A stretch of DNA of 64,000 nucleotides from Candidatus Levyibacteriota bacterium (GTDB lineage Bacteria > Patescibacteriota > Microgenomatia > Levybacterales > UBA12049). Below, in pieces: positions 49,440-59,752 of the stretch (positions within the stretch are counted from its first letter, which is position 1; each line of letters opens with the position of its first letter). Made by a program: the position numbers and the translations under genes. The stretch lies in the NCBI GenBank assembly GCA_963790825.1, contig CAWBPM010000003.1, forward strand, positions 317,681-381,680, given 5' to 3'. The notes under the pieces were generated by a model. The model worked only from the letters and a program-made list of their open reading frames with translations. It was not told the DNA's origin and ran no database searches.

Positions 49440-50399
49440 TTACTTTGCTGCTTTTTCCAACATTTTTTCTAACTTCCCAATACTACTATCGTCGTAGACG
49501 GAAACAGCCAGGACTTCTTTTTTCAATTTTTTAAGCAAATTTAACTTTTTTTCAATTTCCTCCGGCTCTGCCAGATCGGTTTTTGTAAGTAAGATTATTT
49601 CGGATTTTTCCAAAAGCAATTTATTATATTCTGCAAATTCTTTTCGCACGACCTCGTAGGTCTTTATGGGATCTATATTTTCTACATCAATACAATGAAC
49701 CAATAATTTAGTTTTTTCAATATGTTTCAGAAATTTAATCCCCAGTCCCCGGCCATGACTAGCACCCTCAATAAGACCCGGAATATCGGCAATAATGATT
49801 CCTCCCATCATCCCGAGATTCGGCTCAAGCGTCGTAAACGGATAGTTGGCAATTTTCGGATGAGCATGGGTCAGAAGACTTAGTAAACTGCTTTTTCCGG
49901 CATTTGGCAGTCCGATAAGTCCGATATCGGCGATAAGCCTGAGTTCCAGATGCAGCTTTTTTTCCACACCGGGTTCTCCATATTCAAATTCTGTCGGTGT
50001 TTGGTTTGTTGCGGATTTAAATTCATTATTTCCCCGTCCTCCTTTTCCACCTTTAGCCAATAAAATTTGCTTTTTCGTATCTAAAATCTCATGTGTATTT
50101 CCGTTTTCTTCACTAATACAGGTTCCAACTGGAATCCGAATTGTGAGACTTTGACCGTTCCTGCCATAGAGGTTCTTTCTTTTTCCGCTCACTCCATCTT
50201 CTGCTTTCCATACTTTTTTATACCGGAATATCTGAAGCCCCATGATATCATCTATTCCTTGGACGAAAAGATCGCCGCCGTTTCCGCCGTTTCCACCGTC
50301 TGGACCACCCCTCGGATTTCCTTCATTTTGCCGAAACGTTGCTGCGCCGTTTCCGCCGTTTCCCGCTTTTACCGTAATTGTGACATCATCAATAAGCAT
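49440..50399 (-). CDS. obg: GTPase Obg/CgtA
   Basis: GGPDGGNGG, GLPNAGKS, YPFTTL, DIPGLI. Confidence 0.97.
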   Translation of the reverse strand: MLIDDVTITVKAGNGGNGAATFRQNEGNPRGGPDGGNGGNGGDLFVQGIDDIMGLQIFRYKKVWKAEDGVSGKRKNLYGRNGQSLTIRIPVGTCISEENGNTHEILDTKKQILLAKGGKGGRGNNEFKSATNQTPTEFEYGEPGVEKKLHLELRLIADIGLIGLPNAGKSSLLSLLTHAHPKIANYPFTTLEPNLGMMGGIIIADIPGLIEGASHGRGLGIKFLKHIEKTKLLVHCIDVENIDPIKTYEVVRKEFAEYNKLLLEKSEIILLTKTDLAEPEEIEKKLNLLKKLKKEVLAVSVYDDSSIGKLEKMLEKAAK

Positions 50400-50655
50400 A
50401 ATGCGTATTGTATACTCCTCCATAAACAAAATACAATATACTTTTATTATAAGTTGGAAAGATATTGTTGACTAAGCCGAAAATAGTCTATAATAAAAGT
50501 ACTATATGCCGGCAGAATTCAAATTCCTAAACCAGCTTGGTTTTATTTCACTAATTTTTTTCTTACTTTCTCATCTTCTAAAAAATAAAATACATACAAA
50601 TTGTTCGGATAAGATTCTTGTTTAGAAAAAGATCAGCGTTTATTTTATAACTATT

Positions 50656-51351
50656 ATGGCTTGTTTTGAAAGACAAGAAGCATATACAGCTAGTAGTAAG
50701 TCTTCAGTTTCTTCTTTTTATCTTCACCCATCTCCGCGCGAAGTTATTAAATCCCGTGCACTTCGGAAAAGATTAAGATATACCATTAAAAAATCTCTTT
50801 CTGTTTCTGAGTCAGAAGATCAACGGTTTATTATTCATGAATACGAAACCCAGAGACATGCGATATGGAAACTGCGTGTACCCAAGTCGCTTAATCTGCT
50901 TAGTATAGCGGGTAGGGAAAATTTTTATTCGGCAAATATTGAACAGGATATGGAGAAAAGGCAGAAATTCCATATGCTTTATAAAACTGATAGTATGAAG
51001 CGGAAACATGATAGGGTAATTCAATTTGTAGCTGCTAATTGTGAAACTATTGTTCATGACATCTTTCCCAACACTGATACCTCAAAAAATCCTGTAGTTT
51101 GTATGACGGAAGTTGATTGCGGTATGTATAGAAGCCAGATTGACACGGTTATTTTAAACGGACATATTTTAATATTTGAAATCGGTAATATGGCCAGTAA
51201 AAATGAACAGCTACTCAGACAAAGACGAGAATTAGCAGAAGTATATAGTTTACCTAAATATATGGTACTACCATATATTATCAATTACCAAACTACTGAT
51301 AATACTAACTATACTTTAACATTGCAAGAACCGGTTATGAATAGAATATAA
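50656..51351 (+). CDS. hypothetical protein, possible PD-(D/E)XK fold
   Basis: TEVD...QIDTVI...IFEIG pattern. Confidence 0.5.
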   Translation: MACFERQEAYTASSKSSVSSFYLHPSPREVIKSRALRKRLRYTIKKSLSVSESEDQRFIIHEYETQRHAIWKLRVPKSLNLLSIAGRENFYSANIEQDMEKRQKFHMLYKTDSMKRKHDRVIQFVAANCETIVHDIFPNTDTSKNPVVCMTEVDCGMYRSQIDTVILNGHILIFEIGNMASKNEQLLRQRRELAEVYSLPKYMVLPYIINYQTTDNTNYTLTLQEPVMNRI

Positions 51352-51365
51352 AAAAAAGAAAACTG

Positions 51366-51854
51366 TTAGCGTTTTGGAGATTGCATTTTTCGTCTCGCTT
51401 TTCCTTTCATGCCGACTTTTCTCCGTTCCCTGACTCTACTGTCCCTTGTGAGAAAGCCTTTTTTCTTTAGAATCAAGTGAAACTCATCGTTATTCAGTTT
51501 ATCTAAAGCACGAGCTATGCCGCTTATTACCGCGTCAAGCTGTCCTGAGTGTCCGCCGCCTTTGACTTTAATCAGAAATGTATATTTATTTGTCGTATTG
51601 GTAATCCGCATCGGCTCGGCATACATCCGGCGCATAACCTTACTTGGAAAACAATCTGAGATAGGCTTATTGTTAACCAAGATATCGCCTTTTCTAACTT
51701 CGGTTGTATTCCAGGAGAGTTCATCCCGAACGTGCTCATACAGCCGAACACGTGCAACTGCCTCGCGTCTTCTGCCGATTGCCGAAATATAGTCTTTTTT
51801 CGTAACTTTCTCTTTTGTAGGTTCGTTTGCTTGTATTACTTGTTTATCAGGCAT
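51366..51854 (-). CDS. rpsI: 30S ribosomal protein S9
   Basis: GRRREAVARV, GGGHSGQ, LTRDSR, QSPKR. Confidence 0.97.
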   Translation of the reverse strand: MPDKQVIQANEPTKEKVTKKDYISAIGRRREAVARVRLYEHVRDELSWNTTEVRKGDILVNNKPISDCFPSKVMRRMYAEPMRITNTTNKYTFLIKVKGGGHSGQLDAVISGIARALDKLNNDEFHLILKKKGFLTRDSRVRERRKVGMKGKARRKMQSPKR

Positions 51855-51860
51855 AGTATT

Positions 51861-52301
51861 TTATACTGCAATTTCTGCATGTGTTGTTTGGGTTTTAAAT
51901 TTATCCGTATATGTATGCTCTGTATCTGGAAAAACAAAGAGCCTTTTAAGCATTGGATCTCTCAGCCTATTTTGGGGCAACATGCCTTTTACGGCACGTT
52001 TTATAATTTCCTCAGGCCGGCGTTCCCGTAACTCCTTTAGTGTTTCTGATTTAAATCCACCCGGATAACCGGAATGCCTAAAATAACTTTTTTGCTCTTC
52101 TTTTTTTCCGGTTACTTTTATTTTCTTCGCGTTGACGACTACGACATAATCACCACAATCCAGATTACGCACAAAATATGCTTTACCTTTTCCCATCAAA
52201 AGTTCTGCTATTTTTGTCGCACTTCTCCCCAATATTTTGTCATTTACATCAATCAGATGCCATACTCGTTTTATATCGCTTTGTTTGGTTGATACTGTCA
52301 T
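51861..52301 (-). CDS. rplM: 50S ribosomal protein L13
   Basis: DCGDYVVVVNA, HSGYPGG, AVKGMLP. Confidence 0.97.
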   Translation of the reverse strand: MTVSTKQSDIKRVWHLIDVNDKILGRSATKIAELLMGKGKAYFVRNLDCGDYVVVVNAKKIKVTGKKEEQKSYFRHSGYPGGFKSETLKELRERRPEEIIKRAVKGMLPQNRLRDPMLKRLFVFPDTEHTYTDKFKTQTTHAEIAV

Positions 52302-52302
52302 A

Positions 52303-52821
52303 TTATTTAGTATGTTTTTCTTCCTTTTTGCTTTTCGTTTCTTTTTTCTCCGTCTTAGATGTCGGTTTTTTCACTTGTTTTTTTGCAATAACTGAAACTT
52401 TCGCTTCTTTTTTCACTACATCATTATTTTCCTTATCTTTCCCTTCCAGCGATTTTTCTGCCCTTACCGGCATTTCTGTCCACTCTAAAATCGCCATTGA
52501 TGCATCATCATTAAACCTGCGTCCCAGTTTAATAACCCGCGTATAGCCTCCTTGCCTATTGGCAAAACGAGGAGCTATCTCGTCAACCATTTTCACAACG
52601 GCTGACTCAATTAAATCCGCTCTTAAAAGTCCCCTCGCGTGCTGGCTGTTTTTTTTCACTTTTGTTACCAACTTGTCAGCTTCAGATTTAATTGCTTTTG
52701 CTTTTTGTTCAGTCGTTTGAATCCTATTATGAAGCACAAGCTCTGATAAGAGCCCTTTAAATAATGATTTTCTTTCGTTTGTATCCCTTTTGAATTTTTT
52801 ACCAAAAACATTTTTTCTCAT
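52303..52821 (-). CDS. rplQ: 50S ribosomal protein L17
   Basis: IQTT..KAK, RQGGYTRVIKLG; Lys-rich tail. Confidence 0.96.
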   Translation of the reverse strand: MRKNVFGKKFKRDTNERKSLFKGLLSELVLHNRIQTTEQKAKAIKSEADKLVTKVKKNSQHARGLLRADLIESAVVKMVDEIAPRFANRQGGYTRVIKLGRRFNDDASMAILEWTEMPVRAEKSLEGKDKENNDVVKKEAKVSVIAKKQVKKPTSKTEKKETKSKKEEKHTK

Positions 52822-52826
52822 ATACA

Positions 52827-52951
52827 AAAAATCCTAAATTCTAATATCTAAATCATAAATAAATTCTAGATAAAAACTTGCAAATTTTTGAGATTTGGTT
52901 ATTTTAATTTTGATATTATCTGGAATTTAGGATTTGGAATTTAGGATTTTT
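52827..52951. repeat. inverted heptamer-repeat hairpin (empty)
   Basis: AAAAATCCTAAATTC 52827-52841 is the exact reverse complement of 52937-52951; 7-nt periodic CTAAAT/ATTTAG units. Confidence 0.75.
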
Positions 52952-52980
52952 ATTAGTCTTCCTAGTGTTTTTCCAAACAA

Positions 52981-53904
52981 CTAAACAGTTAATGATACAC
53001 CTTTTTGTCGGAGTTTTTCTTCAATCACCATGATTGATTTTCCGCCCATATTACGCATTGATATCAAATCTTTTCTGGGAGTGGTAAGGAGTTGCTCTAC
53101 AGTCTCAACTCCACCGTTTCGAAGACTATTATAAATCCTGGTTGGCAAATCTAATTCGTCAATCGTCATATGAAGGGTTTCTTGGGGAATAGAAGATGTT
53201 TGTGCGGCTTTTTCTTCAACTATTGCTGCTTTCGGCTGGTAAATCTGGAGGAAATAAGAAGCTAGTGTTTTACTTGCTTCGTCAAGCGCAACACGCGGAG
53301 CGACAGCGCCATTTGTCCAGATCTTTATAATTAACTTATCAAGATTGGTTTGTCTTCCCACACGGGTTGCTTCAACAGCATACGTAACACGCTTGATCGG
53401 AGTAAAAATCGCATCTGTCGGAATAACTCCCAAGGTTGCTGCTTTTTTCTCTTCTAAAAGTGCGTAGCTAAAGCCGCGCTCAACGGTCATTTCTACCTCA
53501 AGTCTAGATTTATCGCCTGAAAGTGTACCGAGATATTGATCTTTATTAACGACTTCAACGCCGCCTTCCACCTCAAGGTCTTCTGCGGTAATTTCTTTTG
53601 CTCCTCTAATCGAAAGTCTGATAATACCGCTATTTTGTTCATCCGGCAAGCGGAGGCTTAACTCTTTAATATTAAGTAAAAAGTCAACAACGTTTTCTTT
53701 GAGGCCGGGAACTGTTGAAAAACGATGTTTTACACCGTTAATTTTTACCGAAGTAACTGCAGCACCCGAAATAGAAGTATAGAGTACACGACGAAGCGCA
53801 TGCCCTATAGTATATCCATAGCCCGGGGCAAGCGGTTCAATGGCAAATTCTCCAAAGTCCGGAGTCAATGTAATATCCTTAACGGTAAAGTTTAAATCTT
53901 GCAT
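52981..53904 (-). CDS. rpoA: RNA polymerase alpha subunit
   Basis: EPLAPGYGYTIGHALRR, DAIFTP, ATRVG, alpha-CTD. Confidence 0.97.
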   Translation of the reverse strand: MQDLNFTVKDITLTPDFGEFAIEPLAPGYGYTIGHALRRVLYTSISGAAVTSVKINGVKHRFSTVPGLKENVVDFLLNIKELSLRLPDEQNSGIIRLSIRGAKEITAEDLEVEGGVEVVNKDQYLGTLSGDKSRLEVEMTVERGFSYALLEEKKAATLGVIPTDAIFTPIKRVTYAVEATRVGRQTNLDKLIIKIWTNGAVAPRVALDEASKTLASYFLQIYQPKAAIVEEKAAQTSSIPQETLHMTIDELDLPTRIYNSLRNGGVETVEQLLTTPRKDLISMRNMGGKSIMVIEEKLRQKGVSLTV

Positions 53905-53920
53905 AACGCGTATTGTACCA

Positions 53921-54526
53921 TTATCTGGAATAATATTCAATAATCTGTTGCGTATTGAACGGAACTTCTACATCTTCGCGCTTTGGCATACGCGTTAGCT
54001 TCCCGGCAATGCCTTTTTTGGTCAGAAACGGCAAGAGTACGCCCGAATCTTCTTCCATGAGTTTCACAATGTGCGTATTTTTTTGCATCTTGGGTGAGAG
54101 TGTTATAACATCTGTCTCCTGCACTTGATAAGATGGGATGTTTAAGCGTTTACCATTCACCTGAATATGCCCATGTGATACAAGTTGTCTGGACATAAAA
54201 CGCGTTTTGGCAAATCCTAGCCGGTAAACAACATTATCAAGCCGTGTTTCAAGGAGCGATAGCAGAAGCTCTCCTGTGTCGCCCTTTTGCTTGGCAACCA
54301 TGTCAACTAGGCGTTTAAACTGTTTTTCTAAAATTCCATACATTGCTTTGGCTTTTTGTTTTTCTCGAAGTTGTGTACCGAATTCCGACAAACGTCTCTT
54401 CCGTTTCGCGCCATGCATGCCGGGAGGCGTATTGAGCCGACGCATAAGACTACTTGACGTTTTATCAAGAATATTGACTCCTTCACGACGCGCTAATTTA
54501 TGTTTTGGTCCGGTATATCTCGCCAT
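53921..54526 (-). CDS. rpsD: 30S ribosomal protein S4
   Basis: MARYTGP, LREKQK, LETRLDNVVYRLG. Confidence 0.98.
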   Translation of the reverse strand: MARYTGPKHKLARREGVNILDKTSSSLMRRLNTPPGMHGAKRKRRLSEFGTQLREKQKAKAMYGILEKQFKRLVDMVAKQKGDTGELLLSLLETRLDNVVYRLGFAKTRFMSRQLVSHGHIQVNGKRLNIPSYQVQETDVITLSPKMQKNTHIVKLMEEDSGVLLPFLTKKGIAGKLTRMPKREDVEVPFNTQQIIEYYSR

Positions 54527-54529
54527 AGA

Positions 54530-54931
54530 TTAAGTTCTCCGTCTGTTTTTACTCCGCGGTCCGTTATGCGGAATCGGCGTAATGTCGGCAATTGAAATAA
54601 TTGACAATCCGCCGCTCTTAATTGCCCGAAGGGACGAATCTCGTCCCGAACCGGGACCTTTTACAAATACATCCACTGTCTTCATACCCCTGTTAATTGC
54701 CTTTTTTACTGCATCTTCTACGGCTAAAGTTGCGGCATAAGGAGTAGATTTTCTGGCGCCCTTAAAACCGCGTGCGCCTGATGAGCTCCAAGAAATTGTA
54801 CTTCCTGTCTGATCAGTAATTGTTACTAAGGTATTATTGAATGTTGCGGTAATATATACATGTCCATGTTCAGAAGTCTGAATTGATGATTTCTTTGCTG
54901 ATTTTGTATCTTTGGTTGTCTTAACTGCCAT
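54530..54931 (-). CDS. rpsK: 30S ribosomal protein S11
   Basis: FNNT, KSTPYAA, GPGSGR, PIPHNG. Confidence 0.98.
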   Translation of the reverse strand: MAVKTTKDTKSAKKSSIQTSEHGHVYITATFNNTLVTITDQTGSTISWSSSGARGFKGARKSTPYAATLAVEDAVKKAINRGMKTVDVFVKGPGSGRDSSLRAIKSGGLSIISIADITPIPHNGPRSKNRRRT

Positions 54932-54944
54932 ATATATTTTGATT

Positions 54945-55358
54945 TTATTTCCCTGCTTCTTTCGTTTTTGCAGCTGTCTCTATTTTCGCTGCAAGATCTT
55001 TTTTAATAGCACCAATTGTTACTCTCTTGCCTCGTTTTGTACGCGCATTTGACCTTGTCCGCTGTCCGTGAGACGGTAAATTCTTACTATGCCTTGTCCC
55101 GCGGTAAGAGCCGGTGTCTTTCAGTCTTCGAATATTTCCCAGTACATCTGCGCGTAAATCTCCCTCCAATTTATGGGCTGATAATACGTCTGAGATACGT
55201 TTTACTTCCTCTTCGCTAAGCTCATGCGTCCTTTTTGACGGGTCTATTTGCGCTTTTGTTAATACACCACGAACATTACTTCTTCCAATCCCATAGAGAT
55301 AGGTTAAAGCAATATCAACTCGTTTTCCATCCGGTATTGTTACACCTGCTACTCGCAT
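54945..55358 (-). CDS. rpsM: 30S ribosomal protein S13
   Basis: [22 protein letters not shown]. Confidence 0.98.
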   Translation of the reverse strand: MRVAGVTIPDGKRVDIALTYLYGIGRSNVRGVLTKAQIDPSKRTHELSEEEVKRISDVLSAHKLEGDLRADVLGNIRRLKDTGSYRGTRHSKNLPSHGQRTRSNARTKRGKRVTIGAIKKDLAAKIETAAKTKEAGK

Positions 55359-55363
55359 AATTA

Positions 55364-55477
55364 TTAACCTTGTCGCTGCTTATGTTTCGGCGTTACGCAC
55401 GTAACAAACAATACGCCTTCACGCTTCACTATTTTACATTTAATACACCGTTTTTTAATACTGGCTTGTACTTTCAT
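55364..55477 (-). CDS. rpmJ: 50S ribosomal protein L36 (below the ORF-track cutoff)
   Basis: Manual translation [37 protein letters not shown]. Confidence 0.96.
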   Translation of the reverse strand: MKVQASIKKRCIKCKIVKREGVLFVTCVTPKHKQRQG

Positions 55478-55481
55478 AATT

Positions 55482-55700
55482 TTATCGATAACGGAAAGTT
55501 ATTCTGCCTTTCCCCGTATCATAGGGTGTCATCTCAACTTTTACTCTGTCTCCAGGTAAAATCTTAATAAAATGCATCCGCATTTTTCCCGAAAGGTGAC
55601 AAAGAATTACCGTTCCATCTTCTAATTCGACTCGAAATAACGTATTCGGCAATGCTTCTCTTACTACTCCGTCTTTTTCAGTTGACCCAAGGTGTGCCAT
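55482..55700 (-). CDS. infA: translation initiation factor IF-1
   Basis: [24 protein letters not shown]. Confidence 0.97.
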   Translation of the reverse strand: MAHLGSTEKDGVVREALPNTLFRVELEDGTVILCHLSGKMRMHFIKILPGDRVKVEMTPYDTGKGRITFRYR

Positions 55701-55921
55701 ACCACAAAAAAATAAGACTATCTGTCTTAGCCTCGATTGTTTATATCGCTTTTATGTTGCTAAGTCAAGTACCTAGTTCTTAAATCGTGCAATTATTATA
55801 GCAAACCAGCCGCAAAAGAGCAAGAATTGTTATTAGAAAAGAAGCAGTACTAATAATTATTTCTTATATTTCTGGTACGTATTGGATTTGTCTAATATAT
55901 AACTCGAAATATAGCTTCAGA

Positions 55922-57667
55922 CTAGTTGGTAATATTTAAGTTAAGCGGTTGATTATTGCTGACTCTGTTGTAGACAGTTTGAGAAATATCGGAAGGAGCT
56001 AGGGTATAGGCTTTTTTTGCCGCAATTAATGCCAGGTTTACTTTTCGTAATTTATATTCTAGGTATGCTTTGTAGAGCCACATCCTAGGAGAACTTGGAT
56101 AATCTTGTATTCCTATTTCAGTAATATGTTCGGCGGATTTCATTTCATTAAATCGTATTAATTCCTCAACATATCCAATGTAAGTTTCTTCCCCGTGGGA
56201 ATGGTTTCCAATATTATAGCCTTTAGAGATAATTGCCATATGATAATAAAAGAGCGCTTGTTTTGAATCATTTAGGTGTTGATAGACAAGGGCGAGGTTT
56301 GCATAACTTATCTCCTCCGGAAATAAGTTAATGGATTTTTCCAGATGAGGAAGTGCTTGTTTGTAATCTCCTGCGAATCCAAGTTCTGCGCCCAATGTAT
56401 TTTCAATGTCAAAGTTATCTTCAATTTTGGCATCATGACTATACAGGGTAATTGCGTCATGCCAATTAGTATTTCTCACCACAGTTCTAATAGAAAGAAT
56501 GAGAATAATAGCAATACAAACTACAAAAATTGCGTTTGATTTCGTAACACCCTGGACACTTTGATGCTTTTGCACAATAACACCCAGCATTCCCAGTAGT
56601 CCTACCATGGGAAAATAAAACCACCTGTCGGCAACAGTCATATCCAGCGGAACGATTTGAGAAACCATTAAGATACCTAAAGCAAACCATACAAAAAAGA
56701 AGCAATATAATTTAAATCTTTCTTTGTCATTCTTATAAATGTTTAACATAAATAAACAGAGAATCAGGAAAAATATGAAATCCATAAAAAGAGGCAGGTA
56801 AAAGCTTTGCAGGCTAAGAGAGGTAACCAGCCAATGCTGTTCAATAACAAGTTTTGCAGGATAAAAAAATGTTTTAATATAGTACCATATTACCTCCGGC
56901 ACATTAAGTAATCTTTGTGGTAAGGAGAGGCGCATAATTGGAACAAATTCTATTTTCTCAAAGTACACATTGCCTATAAAAAAACGGATAAATAAATAAA
57001 GAGCAACTACAAGTCCGGATAAAGCTGTAAATAATTGCAAATCTTTTTTGAAAAAATATCGATAGAGTAAAATCATAATTACAAATAGTATTGCCGTTTC
57101 CTTTGTGAGAAGTGACAGCAAAAGAAGTCCAAAAATAATTACAATGTCACGGCGAATTAACTTACTTTTTCTACTCAGCAGCAATGCTGACATTCCTGAT
57201 GAAAAAAATAGGACGGTAATAGAATTATCTATATATGACACCGACTCAACATTTATAGGATGAACTAAAAAAATAAGAGATAGAAATAAAGCCAATGACT
57301 TTTTAAAATAGGCCTTAAAAAAAAAGAAGAGTAGAATACTATTAATTATCTGAAGTGTCATTTGAAGCAGGTGATAAAAAAATACGTTGTTATTAAATAG
57401 AGAGTAAAGTATGGCAAAATAAACCGCCGGTATTGGTCGATAATATGAACCGTAATTAAAGTCGTTGACCCCAAATAACAAGGGGATGTTAATTGCATGG
57501 ACTAGTGGATTATTTGAAATAAATGCTATATCATCCCACACAAACCCGTTAAAAAGCATGTTGAAGTAAACTATAAATCCGACGATAACAATAATATGGA
57601 TTGCTTTAAGAGTGGTTAGAGGAACGAAGAGATGCTTTAAGGAAAAGTCCTGTCTTTGGTCTTGCAT
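55922..57667 (-). CDS. TMTC-like GT-C glycosyltransferase with TPR repeats (copy 3)
   Basis: FVWDD, YYRP, VHPINVESVSYI, TKET, VADRWFYFP, TPRs. Confidence 0.8.
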   Translation of the reverse strand: MQDQRQDFSLKHLFVPLTTLKAIHIIVIVGFIVYFNMLFNGFVWDDIAFISNNPLVHAINIPLLFGVNDFNYGSYYRPIPAVYFAILYSLFNNNVFFYHLLQMTLQIINSILLFFFFKAYFKKSLALFLSLIFLVHPINVESVSYIDNSITVLFFSSGMSALLLSRKSKLIRRDIVIIFGLLLLSLLTKETAILFVIMILLYRYFFKKDLQLFTALSGLVVALYLFIRFFIGNVYFEKIEFVPIMRLSLPQRLLNVPEVIWYYIKTFFYPAKLVIEQHWLVTSLSLQSFYLPLFMDFIFFLILCLFMLNIYKNDKERFKLYCFFFVWFALGILMVSQIVPLDMTVADRWFYFPMVGLLGMLGVIVQKHQSVQGVTKSNAIFVVCIAIILILSIRTVVRNTNWHDAITLYSHDAKIEDNFDIENTLGAELGFAGDYKQALPHLEKSINLFPEEISYANLALVYQHLNDSKQALFYYHMAIISKGYNIGNHSHGEETYIGYVEELIRFNEMKSAEHITEIGIQDYPSSPRMWLYKAYLEYKLRKVNLALIAAKKAYTLAPSDISQTVYNRVSNNQPLNLNITN

Positions 57668-57698
57668 AGCACGACCTTATCATAGCAAAAATCTCAGG

Positions 57699-58457
57699 CT
57701 AGGGAGTTAGTATCCTGGTACCGTTTTTTGTAATTGCGATGCTTCGCTCGAAGACGGCAGAGAGACTGCTGTCTTCGGTCACAATTGTCCAACCGTCACG
57801 GTTAGCAGAATAGACAACTTCAGATCCTCCCATATTGTAAATAACCTCAATTGCAATTGTCATACCGACTTTTAGAAGCGGTGTTTTTTCAATTGGTTGA
57901 TCCAAAAAGCCCGGCACTTCAGGATCTTCATGCAGTTCCCGGCCTACGCCGTGACCGATAAGGCTTCTAGTTACCGAATAATGATTATCCTTCTCAATAA
58001 TATCCTGAATCGTTTTTGAGATATGACCGATACGGTTTCCTACTTTTGCTTGTTTTACTCCCTCGGCAAGTGCTAATTTTCCGACTTGCAAAAACTTTTC
58101 AACATCTGGTGGTATTTTTCCCACGGCGACTGTCTCACACATATCCGTATGCAGTCCGCCGTAAAATACTCCACAATCAATATCGACAATATCGCCCACT
58201 TTTAGTTTCCTCTGCGTCGGAATTCCATGCACCACGACATCGTTAGTACAAATACATGTTGCGTGGTGATATCCTTTCACTTTTTTAAACCCCGGGAATC
58301 CACCTTTTTTTGTAATTAATCTATCTGCCAACTGGTCGAGCTCTAATTCAGTCACACCAGGCCGTACAGCGCGACATACTTCCCACATAGTTTGGGAAAG
58401 TATTTTTCCACCTATTATCATTGCTTCAATTTGTTCCGCTGTTTTAATATGAATCAT
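57699..58457 (-). CDS. map: methionine aminopeptidase
   Basis: VVHGIP, DIDCG, GHGVG..LHEDP, AIE. Confidence 0.96.
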   Translation of the reverse strand: MIHIKTAEQIEAMIIGGKILSQTMWEVCRAVRPGVTELELDQLADRLITKKGGFPGFKKVKGYHHATCICTNDVVVHGIPTQRKLKVGDIVDIDCGVFYGGLHTDMCETVAVGKIPPDVEKFLQVGKLALAEGVKQAKVGNRIGHISKTIQDIIEKDNHYSVTRSLIGHGVGRELHEDPEVPGFLDQPIEKTPLLKVGMTIAIEVIYNMGGSEVVYSANRDGWTIVTEDSSLSAVFERSIAITKNGTRILTP

Positions 58458-58504
58458 AGTTTTTTCTTATTATAATTGAATGGATAAGAACCATCGTTCA
58501 TGTA

Positions 58505-59201
58505 TTATACAGGATATAATCTCCTTTTTTGTAACTCTTTCATGGCTAATTTTACCGTCTGTCCTTCTGATAATTTTGAATCATCAAGAATGAAATATCT
58601 ATATTGTTTGGGATTTGCAACAAGAGGAAACTTTGGACGTTTCATGTCTCGTTCGTCTCGCTTTTTGATATCATTCGCAATGTCTGCCAGAGAAATATTG
58701 GTAATTCCTTTTTCTTTCCATTGGTCTAAACGTCTTTGTGCGCGGACGCTTAAATCTGCTGTTAAATATATTTTCATCGCAGCATCGGGAAATATTGCTG
58801 TTCCAGCGTTTCTTCCTTCAATAAGAACAATACTGCCTTGGTTTACTTTCTCTTTTGCGATTAATCGCTGTCTTCTTACCATTTCCACCTGAACATCGTC
58901 AAATACCGCAACCTGAGAAGATCCATTTGAAACCTCTGTTGTACGAATTACCTTACTTACATCCTCTTTATTCAGTAACACTCGTTTTCCCAGAAGAACA
59001 ATTTTAATATGCTTCATCGCGTCTACTACTTCTTTTTTACTCGTTAGATTAATCTTATTTCTAAGACAGAAGAGTGCTAAACAGCGGAAAAAAATTCCCG
59101 TATCAAGATAAAAACCGCTTAATTTTGAGGCTAAAAAGGGGAGTTAGGGTGCCTTTTCCTGAGGCAACAGGTCCGTCAATCGCAATTACAAATCCTTGCA
59201 T
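58505..59201 (-). pseudogene. cmk: cytidylate kinase with a +1 frameshift near 59133-59141
   Basis: MQGFVIAIDGPVASGKGT from 59201 stops early; the shifted frame reads LASKLSGFYLDTGIFFR and joins ORF 58505-59017 (EGRNAGT.IFPDA, YLTA, RDERD). Confidence 0.8.
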
Positions 59202-59205
59202 ATGT

Positions 59206-59751
59206 TTATTTTTTAATTTTTGACAGAATTTCTTTGTGAATGTGTTCAATGCTTTGTTCGCCATCAATTTCATGAAGCTTATGTTGTTTTTTGTAGAATT
59301 CTATCACCGGCTCGGTATGTGTATGGAAAAGCTCGATCCGTTTCAGAATTGCTTTCAACGTTACGTCATTACGTGTCTCTCCCTCATTTTCTCTGCCCGC
59401 CAACCGCCATAGCGCTTCCTTATCCGATACCCTTAGATAGAACACGTAATCGATATGATTTTTAAATTGCTCTGCTTGCTTTACGGTTCTAGGAAAACCA
59501 TCAAGAATAAATCCATCTGCATATTCAGAGTGATGCAAATACTCAGTTACTATCGTAAGCGTTTTATGATCAGGAACCAGGTAACCGGCACTTGTCAGCT
59601 TTTTAATATACTGACCAAGCGGCGTATGTTCCTGAGACAAAATACGGAAAATATTACCGGTTGAGAGATAAGGAATATGCAACTTTTCAGAGAGTAAATT
59701 CCCCTGTGTTGATTTCCCGGAACCTTGTATGCCGATGATAATTATTTTCAT
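59206..59751 (-). CDS. adk: adenylate kinase
   Basis: GIQGSGKSTQ, STGNIFR, LDGFPRT. Confidence 0.95.
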   Translation of the reverse strand: MKIIIIGIQGSGKSTQGNLLSEKLHIPYLSTGNIFRILSQEHTPLGQYIKKLTSAGYLVPDHKTLTIVTEYLHHSEYADGFILDGFPRTVKQAEQFKNHIDYVFYLRVSDKEALWRLAGRENEGETRNDVTLKAILKRIELFHTHTEPVIEFYKKQHKLHEIDGEQSIEHIHKEILSKIKK

Positions 59752-59752
59752 G

